From assembly GCA_963812155.1 (NCBI GenBank), contig CAWETW010000003.1, positions 864,001-928,000 of the forward strand: a DNA stretch of 64,000 nucleotides, read 5' to 3'. Shown here piece after piece: positions 31,453-41,571 of the stretch (the stretch's first letter is position 1; each line of letters begins with the position of its first letter). The position numbers and the translations under genes were made by a program. The DNA is from Vulcanimicrobiota bacterium. GTDB lineage: Bacteria; Vulcanimicrobiota; Vulcanimicrobiia; Vulcanimicrobiales; Vulcanimicrobiaceae. The notes beneath the pieces were generated by a model that saw only the letters and a program-made list of their open reading frames with translations, did not search any database and was not told the origin of the DNA.

Positions 31453-33948
31453 TTGACGAGCGGCGTGAAGTATTCGCCGATGCTCGAGCAGTATTTCGGG
31501 ATGAAGCATAAGCACCCCGAGGCGATATTGCTCTCGCGCGTCGGCGATTTTTACGAGGCATACGGCGAAGATGCGGAGATCGTGGCGCGCGCGCTGCAGA
31601 TCGCCTTGACGAGCAAAGAGGCCGGCGGCGGACAACGCGTCGCGATGGCTGGAGTTCCGCATCACGCGCTCGCTCAGTACTTGGCGCGCTTGGTGGCGCA
31701 GCGTTTCATCGTCGCGCTCGCGGAGCAACTGGAGGTTCCGCAACCAAATAAACTCGTTCGGCGCGACGTCGTGCGCTTGGTGACGCCCGGGACTCTCATC
31801 GAAGAAAACATGCTCGAGGGTCGCGAGAACAACTACCTGGCGGCCGTTGCCGCCGTGGAAGGCACGCTGGCGCTCGCGCACGCCGACGTTTCAACCGGCT
31901 TCTGCGCTACGACGGCGCTTTCCGGAGAAAACGCCTACGAAGAACTGGTTGCGGAGTTGGGACGAATCGGGCCGGCGGAAATCGTTGCGGACGTCCCTGC
32001 CGACGTGCGGGCAATGATCGCGCCGGCCGTAGAGGCCCTCGGAGCGCGGTTGACGTCGCCGCCGCTCGGCGCCGTGGAAGAGCGCCGGCGCGGATTGCTC
32101 GAGGGGTTCTCGCACGACGAATCGCTGGCGGTTCATCGCGCGCTCGACGCGCTCGCGGCCTTCGTCAAACGGACGGGCGTCGCAGGCGGTTCGCACGCCA
32201 ATGGAGCCGGTGCGCTCGGCCGGCCCAATCTCTACCGGCGCCAAGCGTTCATGTCGCTCGACGCGGCGACGCGCAAGCATCTCGAGCTGATTCGCGCGGA
32301 AGGGCAGAATCCGCGCGCGACGCTGCTCGCAACGCTCGATCGCTGCGCAACGTCGATGGGTTCGCGCATGCTCGCCCGCTGGATCGTCGCGCCGCTGCTG
32401 GATCGCGACGAGTTGACGGCACGCCAGGAGTGCGTCGACGCGTTGATGCAGGAGCACGCGCGCCGGGATGCGTTACGCGACCTACTCAAAGGCTGTTTCG
32501 ATCTCGAACGCATTGCGCAGCGCGTGCGTTTCCGACGCGCGACGCCGCGCGATGCAGCCTCGCTCCGCCGGACGCTGGAAGCGCTGCAGCCGCTGCCCAC
32601 AATCGCGCCGGCTCGTCTGCGTGAGGCAACCGAACGAATCGCCGACTTCGAAAGCGTCCTCGAGGATCTGCGGCGCACGCTCGTCGACGAGCCGCCCGCG
32701 CAACTCGGTGACGGCGGCGCGATCCGTCCGGAGGCCGACGAGGAACTCGCCGAATGCGTGTCGCTTCGAACCGACGCCCGGTCGAAACTCTCCGAACTGG
32801 AGGAACGCGAACGCGAGCGCACCGGAATCAAAGGCTTACGCATCAAGTACGCGAGCGCATTCGGCTATGCGATCGAAGTGAGCAAAGCCCACGCCGGCAG
32901 CGTGCCCCCCGACTACGTGCGCAAGCAGACGCTGACGACCGGCGAGCGTTACGTCACGCCGGAACTCAAGGAACTGGAGTTGGCAATTGCGACGGCTCAG
33001 TCGCGCCAGCAGCGCCTCGAGCAGCGGCTTTTCGACGAGCTGCTCGACCGCATCGGCGCACGCGCCGACGATCTGCTCGAGGCGGCACGAGCGATCGCCG
33101 AAATCGACGTGTTGGCGTCGCTTGCGTTGTGCGCTGCCGAACGCGGATACGTGCGTCCGGCGTTCGTCGACGAAAGCGCGATTTTCGTGGAAGAAGGTCG
33201 CCACCCGGTGATGGAGGCGCTCGAACCCGCGCGCTTCGTTCCCAACGACGTGGCGCTCCGCGCCGACGGCCACCGTTTTATTCTGTTGACCGGTCCGAAC
33301 ATGGGCGGAAAATCGACGTATCTGCGGCAGATCGGTCTGCTGACGGTGACCGCGCAGATCGGTTCCTTCGTTCCGGCAAAGTCGATGACGCTCGGCCTCG
33401 TCGACCGCATCTTCACGCGTATCGGCGCGGGCGACGATCTTGCATCGGGGCAGTCGACCTTCTACTTGGAGATGGCCGAAGCCGCAAACATCTTGCGCCG
33501 CAGCACCCAGCGCTCGCTGCTGCTGATCGACGAAGTCGGGCGCGGCACCGGGACACTCGACGGCTTGTCGATCGCGCAGGCCATTTGCGAGTTTCTTTTA
33601 GGGTTGGAAAAGCAAGCTCCGATGGTGCTCTTTGCGACGCATTTTCACGAGTTGTGCGCGCTTGCCGAACATTGGCGTCTCGTTTCGAACTACCATATCA
33701 CCGCGGTCGAGAACACCGCGCGCGGAGGCGCGCCCGTCTTTTCTCACCGCGTGCAGCCGGGCAGTTCGTCGCGCTCGTTCGGCATCGAGGTCGCGCGGAT
33801 GGCCGGGTTACCCCTGGCGGTGGTGGATCGCGCGAAAGAAATCGCCGACGCGCTCTCCGGTCAGAGCGATGTCGAAGAACGCGTGCCGCTGCGTAAACCG
33901 ATTTCCAAGCGTGACGCCGGCGAACGCCAGCTCTCGTTTTTGCGCTAG
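31453..33948 (+). CDS. mutS: DNA mismatch repair protein MutS
   Basis: SPMLEQY, RVGDFYE, TGPNMGGKST, DEVGRGT, FATHFHEL. Confidence 0.96.
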   Translation: MTSGVKYSPMLEQYFGMKHKHPEAILLSRVGDFYEAYGEDAEIVARALQIALTSKEAGGGQRVAMAGVPHHALAQYLARLVAQRFIVALAEQLEVPQPNKLVRRDVVRLVTPGTLIEENMLEGRENNYLAAVAAVEGTLALAHADVSTGFCATTALSGENAYEELVAELGRIGPAEIVADVPADVRAMIAPAVEALGARLTSPPLGAVEERRRGLLEGFSHDESLAVHRALDALAAFVKRTGVAGGSHANGAGALGRPNLYRRQAFMSLDAATRKHLELIRAEGQNPRATLLATLDRCATSMGSRMLARWIVAPLLDRDELTARQECVDALMQEHARRDALRDLLKGCFDLERIAQRVRFRRATPRDAASLRRTLEALQPLPTIAPARLREATERIADFESVLEDLRRTLVDEPPAQLGDGGAIRPEADEELAECVSLRTDARSKLSELEERERERTGIKGLRIKYASAFGYAIEVSKAHAGSVPPDYVRKQTLTTGERYVTPELKELELAIATAQSRQQRLEQRLFDELLDRIGARADDLLEAARAIAEIDVLASLALCAAERGYVRPAFVDESAIFVEEGRHPVMEALEPARFVPNDVALRADGHRFILLTGPNMGGKSTYLRQIGLLTVTAQIGSFVPAKSMTLGLVDRIFTRIGAGDDLASGQSTFYLEMAEAANILRRSTQRSLLLIDEVGRGTGTLDGLSIAQAICEFLLGLEKQAPMVLFATHFHELCALAEHWRLVSNYHITAVENTARGGAPVFSHRVQPGSSSRSFGIEVARMAGLPLAVVDRAKEIADALSGQSDVEERVPLRKPISKRDAGERQLSFLR

Positions 33949-33968
33949 TGTAGGAGACACGCACTAAC

Positions 33969-35650
33969 ATGAGCGTTCGCATTCTCGACGCGGTGACGAT
34001 CGGGCAAATCGCTGCCGGCGAAGTGATCGAGCGTCCGGCATCGGTGGTGAAAGAACTGGTCGAAAACGCCATCGACGCCGGCGCACGGCGGATCGCCGTT
34101 TCGATCGAGCTGGGAGGCGTGCGGCTCGTCGAAGTCGTTGACGACGGTGGTGGAATTGCGGCGGCGGACCTCGCCTTAGCGGCGCGGCGCCATGCCACCA
34201 GCAAACTGACGGCGGCCTCGGATCTGGATGCGATTGCAACCCTCGGGTTCCGCGGCGAAGGCTTGGCCTCGATCGCGGCCGTCGCGCAACTCGATATCGT
34301 TTCGCGGGAGCCGCGCAGCGACGCCGGATGGCACGTGCGCGCACACGCCGAAACAATCGGCGAACCCGAGCCTGCAGCCGCGCCGCCGGGCACGCGCGTT
34401 CGCGCCGAACGGCTCTTCGAAAACGTGCCCGTGCGCAGAGAGTATCTGCGTTCCGCCGGCGCCGAGTTCGGGCGCATTTCGTCGTGGCTGGCGAGCTTCG
34501 CGCTCGCGTATTCCAACGTCACGTTCGTCCTGCGCCACGACGGCAAAGACGTGTGGACGATGCCCGCGACAAGCGACGTCCGCGAACGTTTGGCGATGGT
34601 CTTCGGGCGCGAAGCGGCGCGTGCGCTGATCCCCATCGACGCATCGGGCGCGCGGTCGCTCACGGGATCGCTGCGGGGATTCATCAGCGCGCCGGGCTCG
34701 GATCGCCCCGACCGGCGGATGCAGACTGCTCTTCGTCAACGGGCGTTTGCTCCGCAGCGCCGTGATGAGTGCGGCGTGGAGTGCGGCGTACGCGACATTT
34801 ACGATGACGGGCCGCTATCCGTACGGAGCCGTCTTTTTGGACTTGCCGCCGGACCACGTCGACGCCAACGTCCACCCTGCCAAGAGCGACGTCCGGTTGC
34901 GCTTCGGCAGTCAAGTCTTCGACGCGGTGCGACGTGCGATGACGGCGACGCTGCAGGCGCATGCGGCGGAGCGTTTTCGCGCAAATGCCGGCGGCGCGCT
35001 CGCCGGCATGCCGGCATTTTCGCCGGCCGGCGGCGGCTTCACGGGCGCTCCGGAGCTGTTCCAAGCGGAATTCGGCGGCACGGATGCGGCGCCGCGCATG
35101 CGCGTTCTCGAACAACTCCATCGCACGCTACATCCTTGCCGCCGACGGCGACGCGCTGCTGCTCGTCGATCAGCACGCCGCGCACGAGCGCATCGCGTAC
35201 GAAAGCATCGTTGCGGCGGCGCACGAAGGGGCGCCGAACGAACCGTTACTCGTGCCGCACGCCATCGAACTCGATGCCGAACGCAGCGCGGCGCTGGAGC
35301 AGAGCCTCGAAGCGTTGCGCGAAGGCGGGTTGGAGGTGGAAGCCTTCGGCGAGCGCAGTTTCCGCGTACTGGCGACACCGGCGGGCTACGGCGCGCGGCC
35401 GTTCGACGTAGACGGATTTCTCGATGACGTGACGGGCGAACCGGGACGGCGCAGCGTGCGCGAACGCGTGTGGGCGTCGTTGGCGTGCCATTCGGTGGTC
35501 GTGGCCGGGGAGCGCCTCGAACCCGACGAGATGACGACGCTCATCGAGCGGCTGCAGCGCTGCCGCAACCCGATGCATTGCCCTCACGGACGGCCGACGA
35601 TGGTGCGGATCGGGCCGGACGAGGTCGCGCGCATGTTCAAGCGTGCCTGA
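33969..35650 (+). CDS. mutL: DNA mismatch repair endonuclease MutL (indels near 34730 and 35125)
   Basis: IAAGEVIERPASVVKELVENAIDAG, GFRGEGL, DQHAAHER, CPHGRP. Confidence 0.95.
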
Positions 35651-36542
35651 CGGCCGGCGCGGCGTTCTCGTTCTTGCCGGCGCGACGGCTTCCGGAAAGA
35701 CCGAACTCGCTATCGAGTTGGCGCGCACCTTCGATGCCGAGATCGTCGGCGCCGATTCGCGGCAGATTTATCGGGGGATGCCGATCGGCACCGCAACGCC
35801 TGTGGCCGCGCAACTCCGGGCCGTGCCCCACCACTGCATCGGGTTTCTCGACCCGTACGAACGCTATTCCGCCGCCCGCTACGTTCGGGATGCGATGGCG
35901 GCCGTCGACGACATTCACGCGCGCGGCAAGCGCGCGATCGTCGCCGGTGGAACGGGATTTTACGTGCGCGCGCTGACCGGCAACGTGGCGCTCGCCGCGC
36001 AGTTCGACGAAACGCTGCGGGCGCGGCTCGCTGCGGAAGCGCGGCAACACCCGCCGGAGTTCTTGCACGCGTGGCTAACGCTGCGCGATCCGGCACGCGC
36101 GACGACGTTAGACGTCCGCGACACGTATCGCGTCGTGCGTGCGTTGGAAGTGGCGCTATCGCGCGCGAGCGTCGAACGCGCGCCGCTGCGTACGCTGGCC
36201 AGCGCAGGAATCGAATGGACCACGCTGTTCCTCGACGTTCCGGTTGCGGAGATTGACAGGCGCATCGCGGCGCGCTGCGAGCGCATGCTGCAAACCGGGC
36301 TGCTCGAGGAGGCGGAGCGGATCGGCGCGCGGGCAGCCGCCGCGACCGCGGTGGGCTACCCGCAGGCTCTCGGCTATCTGCGAGGGTGGTGCACGCGCGA
36401 CGAACTGCGCGCCTCGCTCGAACGCGCGACCAGGCGGTACGCGCGGCGCCAGCGCGCATGGTTTTGTAAGGAACGCGACGCGTTATGGGTGGAACCCAGT
36501 GCCGTGGAACGGCTGGTACGGGAGAAGTTGAGCTGGTCTTAG
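35643..36542 (+). CDS. miaA: tRNA dimethylallyltransferase
   Basis: GATASGKT, DSRQIYRGMPIGTA, GGTGFY, RRYARRQRAWF. Confidence 0.94.
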   Translation: MPDGRRGVLVLAGATASGKTELAIELARTFDAEIVGADSRQIYRGMPIGTATPVAAQLRAVPHHCIGFLDPYERYSAARYVRDAMAAVDDIHARGKRAIVAGGTGFYVRALTGNVALAAQFDETLRARLAAEARQHPPEFLHAWLTLRDPARATTLDVRDTYRVVRALEVALSRASVERAPLRTLASAGIEWTTLFLDVPVAEIDRRIAARCERMLQTGLLEEAERIGARAAAATAVGYPQALGYLRGWCTRDELRASLERATRRYARRQRAWFCKERDALWVEPSAVERLVREKLSWS

Positions 36543-36553
36543 AAGCGGCGCTC

Positions 36554-36794
36554 ATGTCTGCGACCCTGCAAGACACGTTTCTCGCCGAGTGCAAGCGCCA
36601 TGGCTCCGCCGTGACGGTGTATTTGGTAAACGGGTTTCAGTTGCGCGGCGTCGTCAAAGGCTTCGACCCGTTCACGGTGCTGCTCGAATACGAACGAAAG
36701 ACGCACCTCGTCTACAAACACGCGATTTCGACGATCTCGCCGGGATCGAGCGTTACGGTGGACGGCGCGGGAGGAAGACGCGCGCCCCGAGTGA
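36554..36794 (+). CDS. hfq: RNA chaperone Hfq (probable extra base near 36770)
   Basis: LQDTFL...VYLVNGFQLRG...LVYKHAISTI; removing one G gives the tail DGAEEDARPE-TGA overlapping the dapF GTG. Confidence 0.93.
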
Positions 36795-37568
36795 GTTCGC
36801 GCATCGCGCTGACGAAGATGCACGGCGCGCGCAACGATTTTGTCGTCGTTGACGGTCGCACTCAGTCGCTCGGCGGCCTTTCCGAGTTCGCGGAAATTCG
36901 CGTGCGATCGTCGCGACGGGATCGGCGCCGACGGAGTGATCGTCATCGAATCCTCTTCCGCGGGCGGACTCGCCATGCGTACCGTTAACGCAGACGGCAG
37001 CGAAGCCGAAATGTGCGGTAACGGCGTGCGCTGCGCCGCTCGCTGGCTCGACGAAGCCGGCGAGGGCGATCGCGTCGTTTTTCAGACTCCCGGCGGCACG
37101 GTGCGAACGGAAATCGTCGCACGAGATCCCGCCTACCTCGTCCGGGTAACCATGCCCGTTCCGCGCCTCATTGCGCGCTTCGTTGAGGGACTTTCCGACG
37201 CGGCAATCGTCGACGTTGGGAATCCGCACGTCGTCGTGTTCGGCGCGGGCGAGGACGTCGGCGTCGAGTCGCTGGGGCCGCAGCTTCAGAACGATCCTCG
37301 CTGGCCGGACGGTGTCAACGTACACGCGGCGATCGTCGAAGACGAGCATCGCATGCGCGTGAGACATTGGGAGCGCGGCGCGGGCGCGACACAGGCGTGC
37401 GGCACCGGTGCGGTCGCCGCCGCGTTCGCGGCGATCGAGCGCGGCGCGGCATCGTCGCCGGTGTTCGTGCACGTTCCCGGCGGAACGCTGGTCGTCGAGT
37501 GGGACGGCCGCGAAGCGGTGCTCGTCGGACCTGCCGTTCGCGTGTTCGACACAGCCGTAACGGTATGA
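36791..37568 (+). CDS. dapF: Diaminopimelate epimerase (indel near 36890)
   Basis: TKMHGARNDF, GIGADG, EMCGNGVRC, VGNPH, ERGAGATQACGTG. Confidence 0.94.
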
Positions 37569-37984
37569 GGATGCGGCGCGCGCGGACGGAGGACGCCGAG
37601 CGTATCGGCGACCTCATGCGGCAACTCGGCTACGACGCCGCGGCAAGCGAACTGGCGCGTCGCATCGAGCGGCGCGGTGACGACCGCGCCGTTTTCGTGG
37701 CCGAGGACGAGTCCGGCACACTCGGTTGGGCGGCGGTCTGCGTCGAAGAAGGCTTCGTGGAAGGACGCCAGGCGTGGATCGAAGGTTTCGTCGTCGACCA
37801 AGATTCGCGCGGCCGAGGAATCGGCGGGCAACTGCTCGAGGTCGCCGAAGCCTGGGCGCGCGAACTCGGATGCGGGGCGATGCGGGTTCAGTCGAACGTC
37901 CTGCGCGAACGCGCACACGGCTTCTACCAACTCCACGGGTACGAGAAAATCAAAGCGCAGTTCGCTTTTCGTAAGTCGTTATGA
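37565..37984 (+). CDS. GNAT family N-acetyltransferase
   Basis: VVDQDSRGRGIGGQLL, RERAHGFY; ATGA overlap with dapF. Confidence 0.85.
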   Translation: MRMRRARTEDAERIGDLMRQLGYDAAASELARRIERRGDDRAVFVAEDESGTLGWAAVCVEEGFVEGRQAWIEGFVVDQDSRGRGIGGQLLEVAEAWARELGCGAMRVQSNVLRERAHGFYQLHGYEKIKAQFAFRKSL

Positions 37985-39186
37985 TCGCGCTGGCGTACTG
38001 CGACGCTCGGGGACGCATCTACGACGACGCCGCATCAACGCCGCTCGCCGACGGCGGCATTGTGCGCGAACCGGAGGCCGCGGAACTCATTGCGGCACCG
38101 GCGGGCACGGTCGAGATGCTTTTACCCGGCCGCCACCCGCTGACGACGATCGGACCGGCGCGCGAAGGATACGCGCTCGCGGCGGTGCTGCCGGCGGGAT
38201 ACACGCGGCTGCTCGTTCCGGCCTATGCGAAGGAACGCGGCGCGCCCGACTTGCCGCTTTTCGGATACGCGTTTGCGTGTTTCGTCAACGACCGGCTGCA
38301 CGTAGCGGCGGCGAAAACCGACGAAAGCGACGATTGGAAGCCGCGCGCGTTTGCAGCGGGAGAACTCGAATCGCTGATCGAGCAGCGTCTCGAGAGCGAT
38401 CCGGAGAACCGCGTTCTGCGACAAGTCGCGCTTTGCTCGCGCGACTACGGCTGTTTCACGGCGCAGAACGTCTTCTTGCAGCGCGGTGAGGCGGCGCTGC
38501 CGGTCTCGCCGAAATGTAACGCACGCTGTCTGGGATGCATCTCGCAACTCGAGCCGCCGGCGACGGTGCCGTCGCCGCAGGTACGGATCGGGTACGACGC
38601 GAGCGCCGAGGAAATCGCCTCCGTCGCCGTCCAGCATCTCGAGCGCGTTCCCGACGGCATCGTCTCGTTCGGGCAAGGGTGCGAGGGGGAGCCGCTGCTG
38701 CGCTCCACGACGATCGCCGCGGCGATCCGCCTGATTCGCGAACACCGCAGCAACGGCACCATCAATCTCAATACCAACGGCAGCATGCCGGACGCGCTCG
38801 AACGCTGCATCGACGCGGGGCTCGATGCCGTCCGCGTCAGTTTAAACTCGTTCCGGCCGCGCGTTTACGCGGCATACTACCGGCCCATCGGCTACGCGCT
38901 CGACGACGTGCTCGAATCGATCCGTCTGGCGGTGCGGCGAGGATTGCGCGCGAGCCTCAATCTTCTCACGCATCCGGGCGTCACCGATGACGAAGAAGAA
39001 ATGGCGGCTGCCGAAGCGTTCTTGCGCGACGTTCCGGTCGCGATGGTACAGACGCGCACGCTCAACATCGATCCGGAATGGTACTTCGCCGCCGCAGGCC
39101 GTCCGCGGCGGCCGCACGGTATGCGCCGCGCGCTGGAGGCGATTGCGCGGTTGACCGCGGTGGGAAACTTTACGCACACGCATTGA
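37981..39186 (+). CDS. Radical SAM protein of unknown function
   Basis: CNARCLGC (CxxxCxxC), SFGQGCEGEP, NLNTNGS. Confidence 0.88.
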   Translation: MIALAYCDARGRIYDDAASTPLADGGIVREPEAAELIAAPAGTVEMLLPGRHPLTTIGPAREGYALAAVLPAGYTRLLVPAYAKERGAPDLPLFGYAFACFVNDRLHVAAAKTDESDDWKPRAFAAGELESLIEQRLESDPENRVLRQVALCSRDYGCFTAQNVFLQRGEAALPVSPKCNARCLGCISQLEPPATVPSPQVRIGYDASAEEIASVAVQHLERVPDGIVSFGQGCEGEPLLRSTTIAAAIRLIREHRSNGTINLNTNGSMPDALERCIDAGLDAVRVSLNSFRPRVYAAYYRPIGYALDDVLESIRLAVRRGLRASLNLLTHPGVTDDEEEMAAAEAFLRDVPVAMVQTRTLNIDPEWYFAAAGRPRRPHGMRRALEAIARLTAVGNFTHTH

Positions 39187-39215
39187 TCCGCTGGACGTAA
39201 TCGGACTTTTCGAAT

Positions 39216-40310
39216 ATGAAGTTGTGGCATATCCTGGCAATCGTGGGAGCCGGCGTCGCATTCGGGATGCTGCAGCCGGGTCGCTTCACGTACGCGCTCG
39301 GGCACGCCACGCTCTATATCTTTCTCCCACCGTTGCTCTTCGAGGCTTCCTGGAACCTCAGCTTTCGCGCGATACGCCGGCAATGGCCGGCGATCGCGAC
39401 GCTGGCGGGGCCCGGCGTGCTGCTGACGGCTGCGATCGTCGCCGGAGCACTCTCGATCGTGCGCGTGCCGTTCGGTCCCGCGTTTCTGGCCGGAGCGATT
39501 CTTTCGGCAACCGACCCGATTGCGGTCGTAGCCGTTTTTCGCCGGATGCGGGTGCCTCGAACGCTCGCAACGATCGTCGAGTGCGAGTCGCTCTTTAACG
39601 ACGCGGTCGCGGTTGCGCTCTACCGGATCGTTCTCGGCACGCTCGTGGGAGGAGCGCTCGGCACGTTGGGAACGGCGCGAATCGTGCTGCAGACGGCGAC
39701 GGGAGCGGTCGCCGGGATAGCCGTCGGCATCGCGCTGGCCTACGTCGTGGCGCGCGTGCTCCGTCGCACGAACGACGTAACCTTGCAGATCGGCGCGACG
39801 GTAGTCGTCGCGTACGGCGCCTATTTCATCGCCGATGCATTCGCGTTTTCGGGAATCTTTGCGACGATCGCCGGCGGCATCGCTCTACGCTATTACGAGC
39901 GTCGCTGGATCACCCTGAGCATCGCCGACGACGTCAACCGGTTCTGGGACTTGGCGGCCATCGTCGCCAACGTCCTCGTCTTTTTCATGGTCGGCGCGGC
40001 GCTGAAAATGGAGTCGGTTACGCGTGAGCCGGCATTCATCGTCGCGACGTTGATCGCGATCGCCTTGTCGCGCGTCGTCGTTGCCGGACTGCTCCTTCCT
40101 GCAGGCTATCCGCGTGCGTGGATCGGCGTGGTGCGCGTCGCCGGCATACGCGGGGCGCTTTCGTTGGCACTTGCGCTGGCATTGCCGGCGTCGATTCCCT
40201 ACCGTCAGGCGATCGTCGATGCCACGTTTGCGGTGGTGCTCGCAACGCTGTTGGCCGGCGGCTTGACGGTGTCGCGCGTCGTGCGGCGCATCGAGACCGT
40301 CAATGAGTAA
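39216..40310 (+). CDS. CPA1-family cation:proton antiporter
   Basis: FLPPLLFEA, SATDPIAV, ESLFNDAVA, GIRGALSLALAL. Confidence 0.9.
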   Translation: MKLWHILAIVGAGVAFGMLQPGRFTYALGHATLYIFLPPLLFEASWNLSFRAIRRQWPAIATLAGPGVLLTAAIVAGALSIVRVPFGPAFLAGAILSATDPIAVVAVFRRMRVPRTLATIVECESLFNDAVAVALYRIVLGTLVGGALGTLGTARIVLQTATGAVAGIAVGIALAYVVARVLRRTNDVTLQIGATVVVAYGAYFIADAFAFSGIFATIAGGIALRYYERRWITLSIADDVNRFWDLAAIVANVLVFFMVGAALKMESVTREPAFIVATLIAIALSRVVVAGLLLPAGYPRAWIGVVRVAGIRGALSLALALALPASIPYRQAIVDATFAVVLATLLAGGLTVSRVVRRIETVNE

Positions 40311-41199
40311 GATCTCGGACTTCATCGACACGTCGGCGGCTATCTCCACGAACGCCCAGCCAGCGCGCGATGTTCCGGACGTAGTCTTTAAATATCTCGA
40401 ACCGGGCCGGGTCGCGCTTTATTTCGTCGCCAGGTTGGTCGGTAACAAAACTCGGTGCACCGCGCTCGGTGTCCCAGTTGAGATCGGCAAAGTGATGGAA
40501 GGTCGAAACCGCGACCGCACGTCCCATGACGCCGCCATCGAACGGTTCGCCTTCGACCGCAACGGCGAGATTGAAGGGCCGGCCGGTCACCGTGCTCGTG
40601 CCCGTCGCAACGACGCGAGCAAAGACAGTATCTTCGGGAACACCAACCGCCCCCTCGTGCGGGTGCGCGGGAAAATACTCGATCGCGCTACCATTGGCTT
40701 TCGCGCTTTTCAGGAGCGGGTGTACCGGGCCTAGAGCCGCAATTTTCTGATAATTACCGTTAGCACCGGAGTGGTAGTTGGGGTAGGAAATGTTCGGATT
40801 ATCCTGGTCGTCGTTCTCGGTGCGGCCCGGCTCGAGGTTGTACGTGTGGAAATAGTTAAACTGGCCGAGCGAGCCAAGGTGGCAGAGACACAGTCCAAGA
40901 TCCTGGTGGTCGCGCGCCGTCAAAACGCCTCCGCCCCGCTTGCGGAACTCAATGATGGCATCGCCTTCTGCTTGAGTAAGGCCGCCGCCGGTGTCGACGG
41001 CCATCAACCATAGCTGATCGAAGTCGGAGTCAGGCAGTCGCATGACCAAACGGTCGTTGCCGTCTGCATCCAGCTCTTCGTTTCGCGCAACTACCTCATG
41101 ATCGTCTGCGATGAGTGTTTCGCGTAAAAGGGAAAAGCGCGAAACATTCCAGTCGTCCGCGACGAACGGAATGGTCGTTTGTATCAAAATTCTCGGCAT
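40300..41199 (-). CDS. Conserved hypothetical protein (possible class I glutamine-amidotransferase-like fold)
   Basis: Well-formed 299-aa ORF; GGGVLTARDHQDLG, HPHEG, STFHHFAD motifs. Confidence 0.7.
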   Translation of the reverse strand: MPRILIQTTIPFVADDWNVSRFSLLRETLIADDHEVVARNEELDADGNDRLVMRLPDSDFDQLWLMAVDTGGGLTQAEGDAIIEFRKRGGGVLTARDHQDLGLCLCHLGSLGQFNYFHTYNLEPGRTENDDQDNPNISYPNYHSGANGNYQKIAALGPVHPLLKSAKANGSAIEYFPAHPHEGAVGVPEDTVFARVVATGTSTVTGRPFNLAVAVEGEPFDGGVMGRAVAVSTFHHFADLNWDTERGAPSFVTDQPGDEIKRDPARFEIFKDYVRNIARWLGVRGDSRRRVDEVRDLTH

Positions 41200-41316
41200 T
41201 TGTCACCATCCTCGCTGGGAACATCCATGATGCACGAACTTGGCCGCGCTGAAACGTCGTGGCGACGTCTTGGCGAAGAATAAGTCGAACGCATCCGTCC
41301 CTAGAGGGGAACGGCC

Positions 41317-41527
41317 GGAAGAAGGGCGACGCCGGTTGCGTACCCCGACGGCGAGAGCCCCGTCGTGGTTGAACGCGAACTGGTAGGGCAGGCTGTCGGT
41401 TTGAGCGAGGGAAACGCCCCGGAAGGGCGTGACGTTTTCACCCGAGCAGCCGGCCACCGCGACGACGGCGCTCCCGAGCGCAAAGTGGGAAGAGGTAAAA
41501 AGCGCATCGACGGCTACCCTTCCTTCC
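41317..41527 (+). ncRNA. Candidate structured ncRNA, 6S RNA-like rod
   Basis: Nested long-range complementarity: GGAAGAAGGG/CCCTTCCTTCC, GCCG..TGCG/CGCA..CGGC, TACC/GGTA, CGTCGTGGT/ACCGCGACG, GGCTGTCGG/CCGAGCAGCC; unpaired TGAACGCGAACTGGTA bubble; intergenic. Confidence 0.55.
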
Positions 41528-41571
41528 TGTGCTACTCCGACTATAACCCAGCCAAGTGAGGTCTGCAGGAA

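Noticed and set aside
36485..36988. Apparent Hfq-DapF fusion ORF
   Set aside because: Removing one G near 36770 restores an acidic Hfq tail ending in TGA that overlaps the dapF GTG; an indel artefact.
41340..41460. c-di-AMP (ydaO) riboswitch or SRP RNA as the identity of the structured region
   Set aside because: Only short motifs (GGTAGGG, CCGGAAGG) match; the ydaO CCCGxxAGCTAAC and SRP TCAGG..GGAAG..AGCAG cores are not properly arranged.
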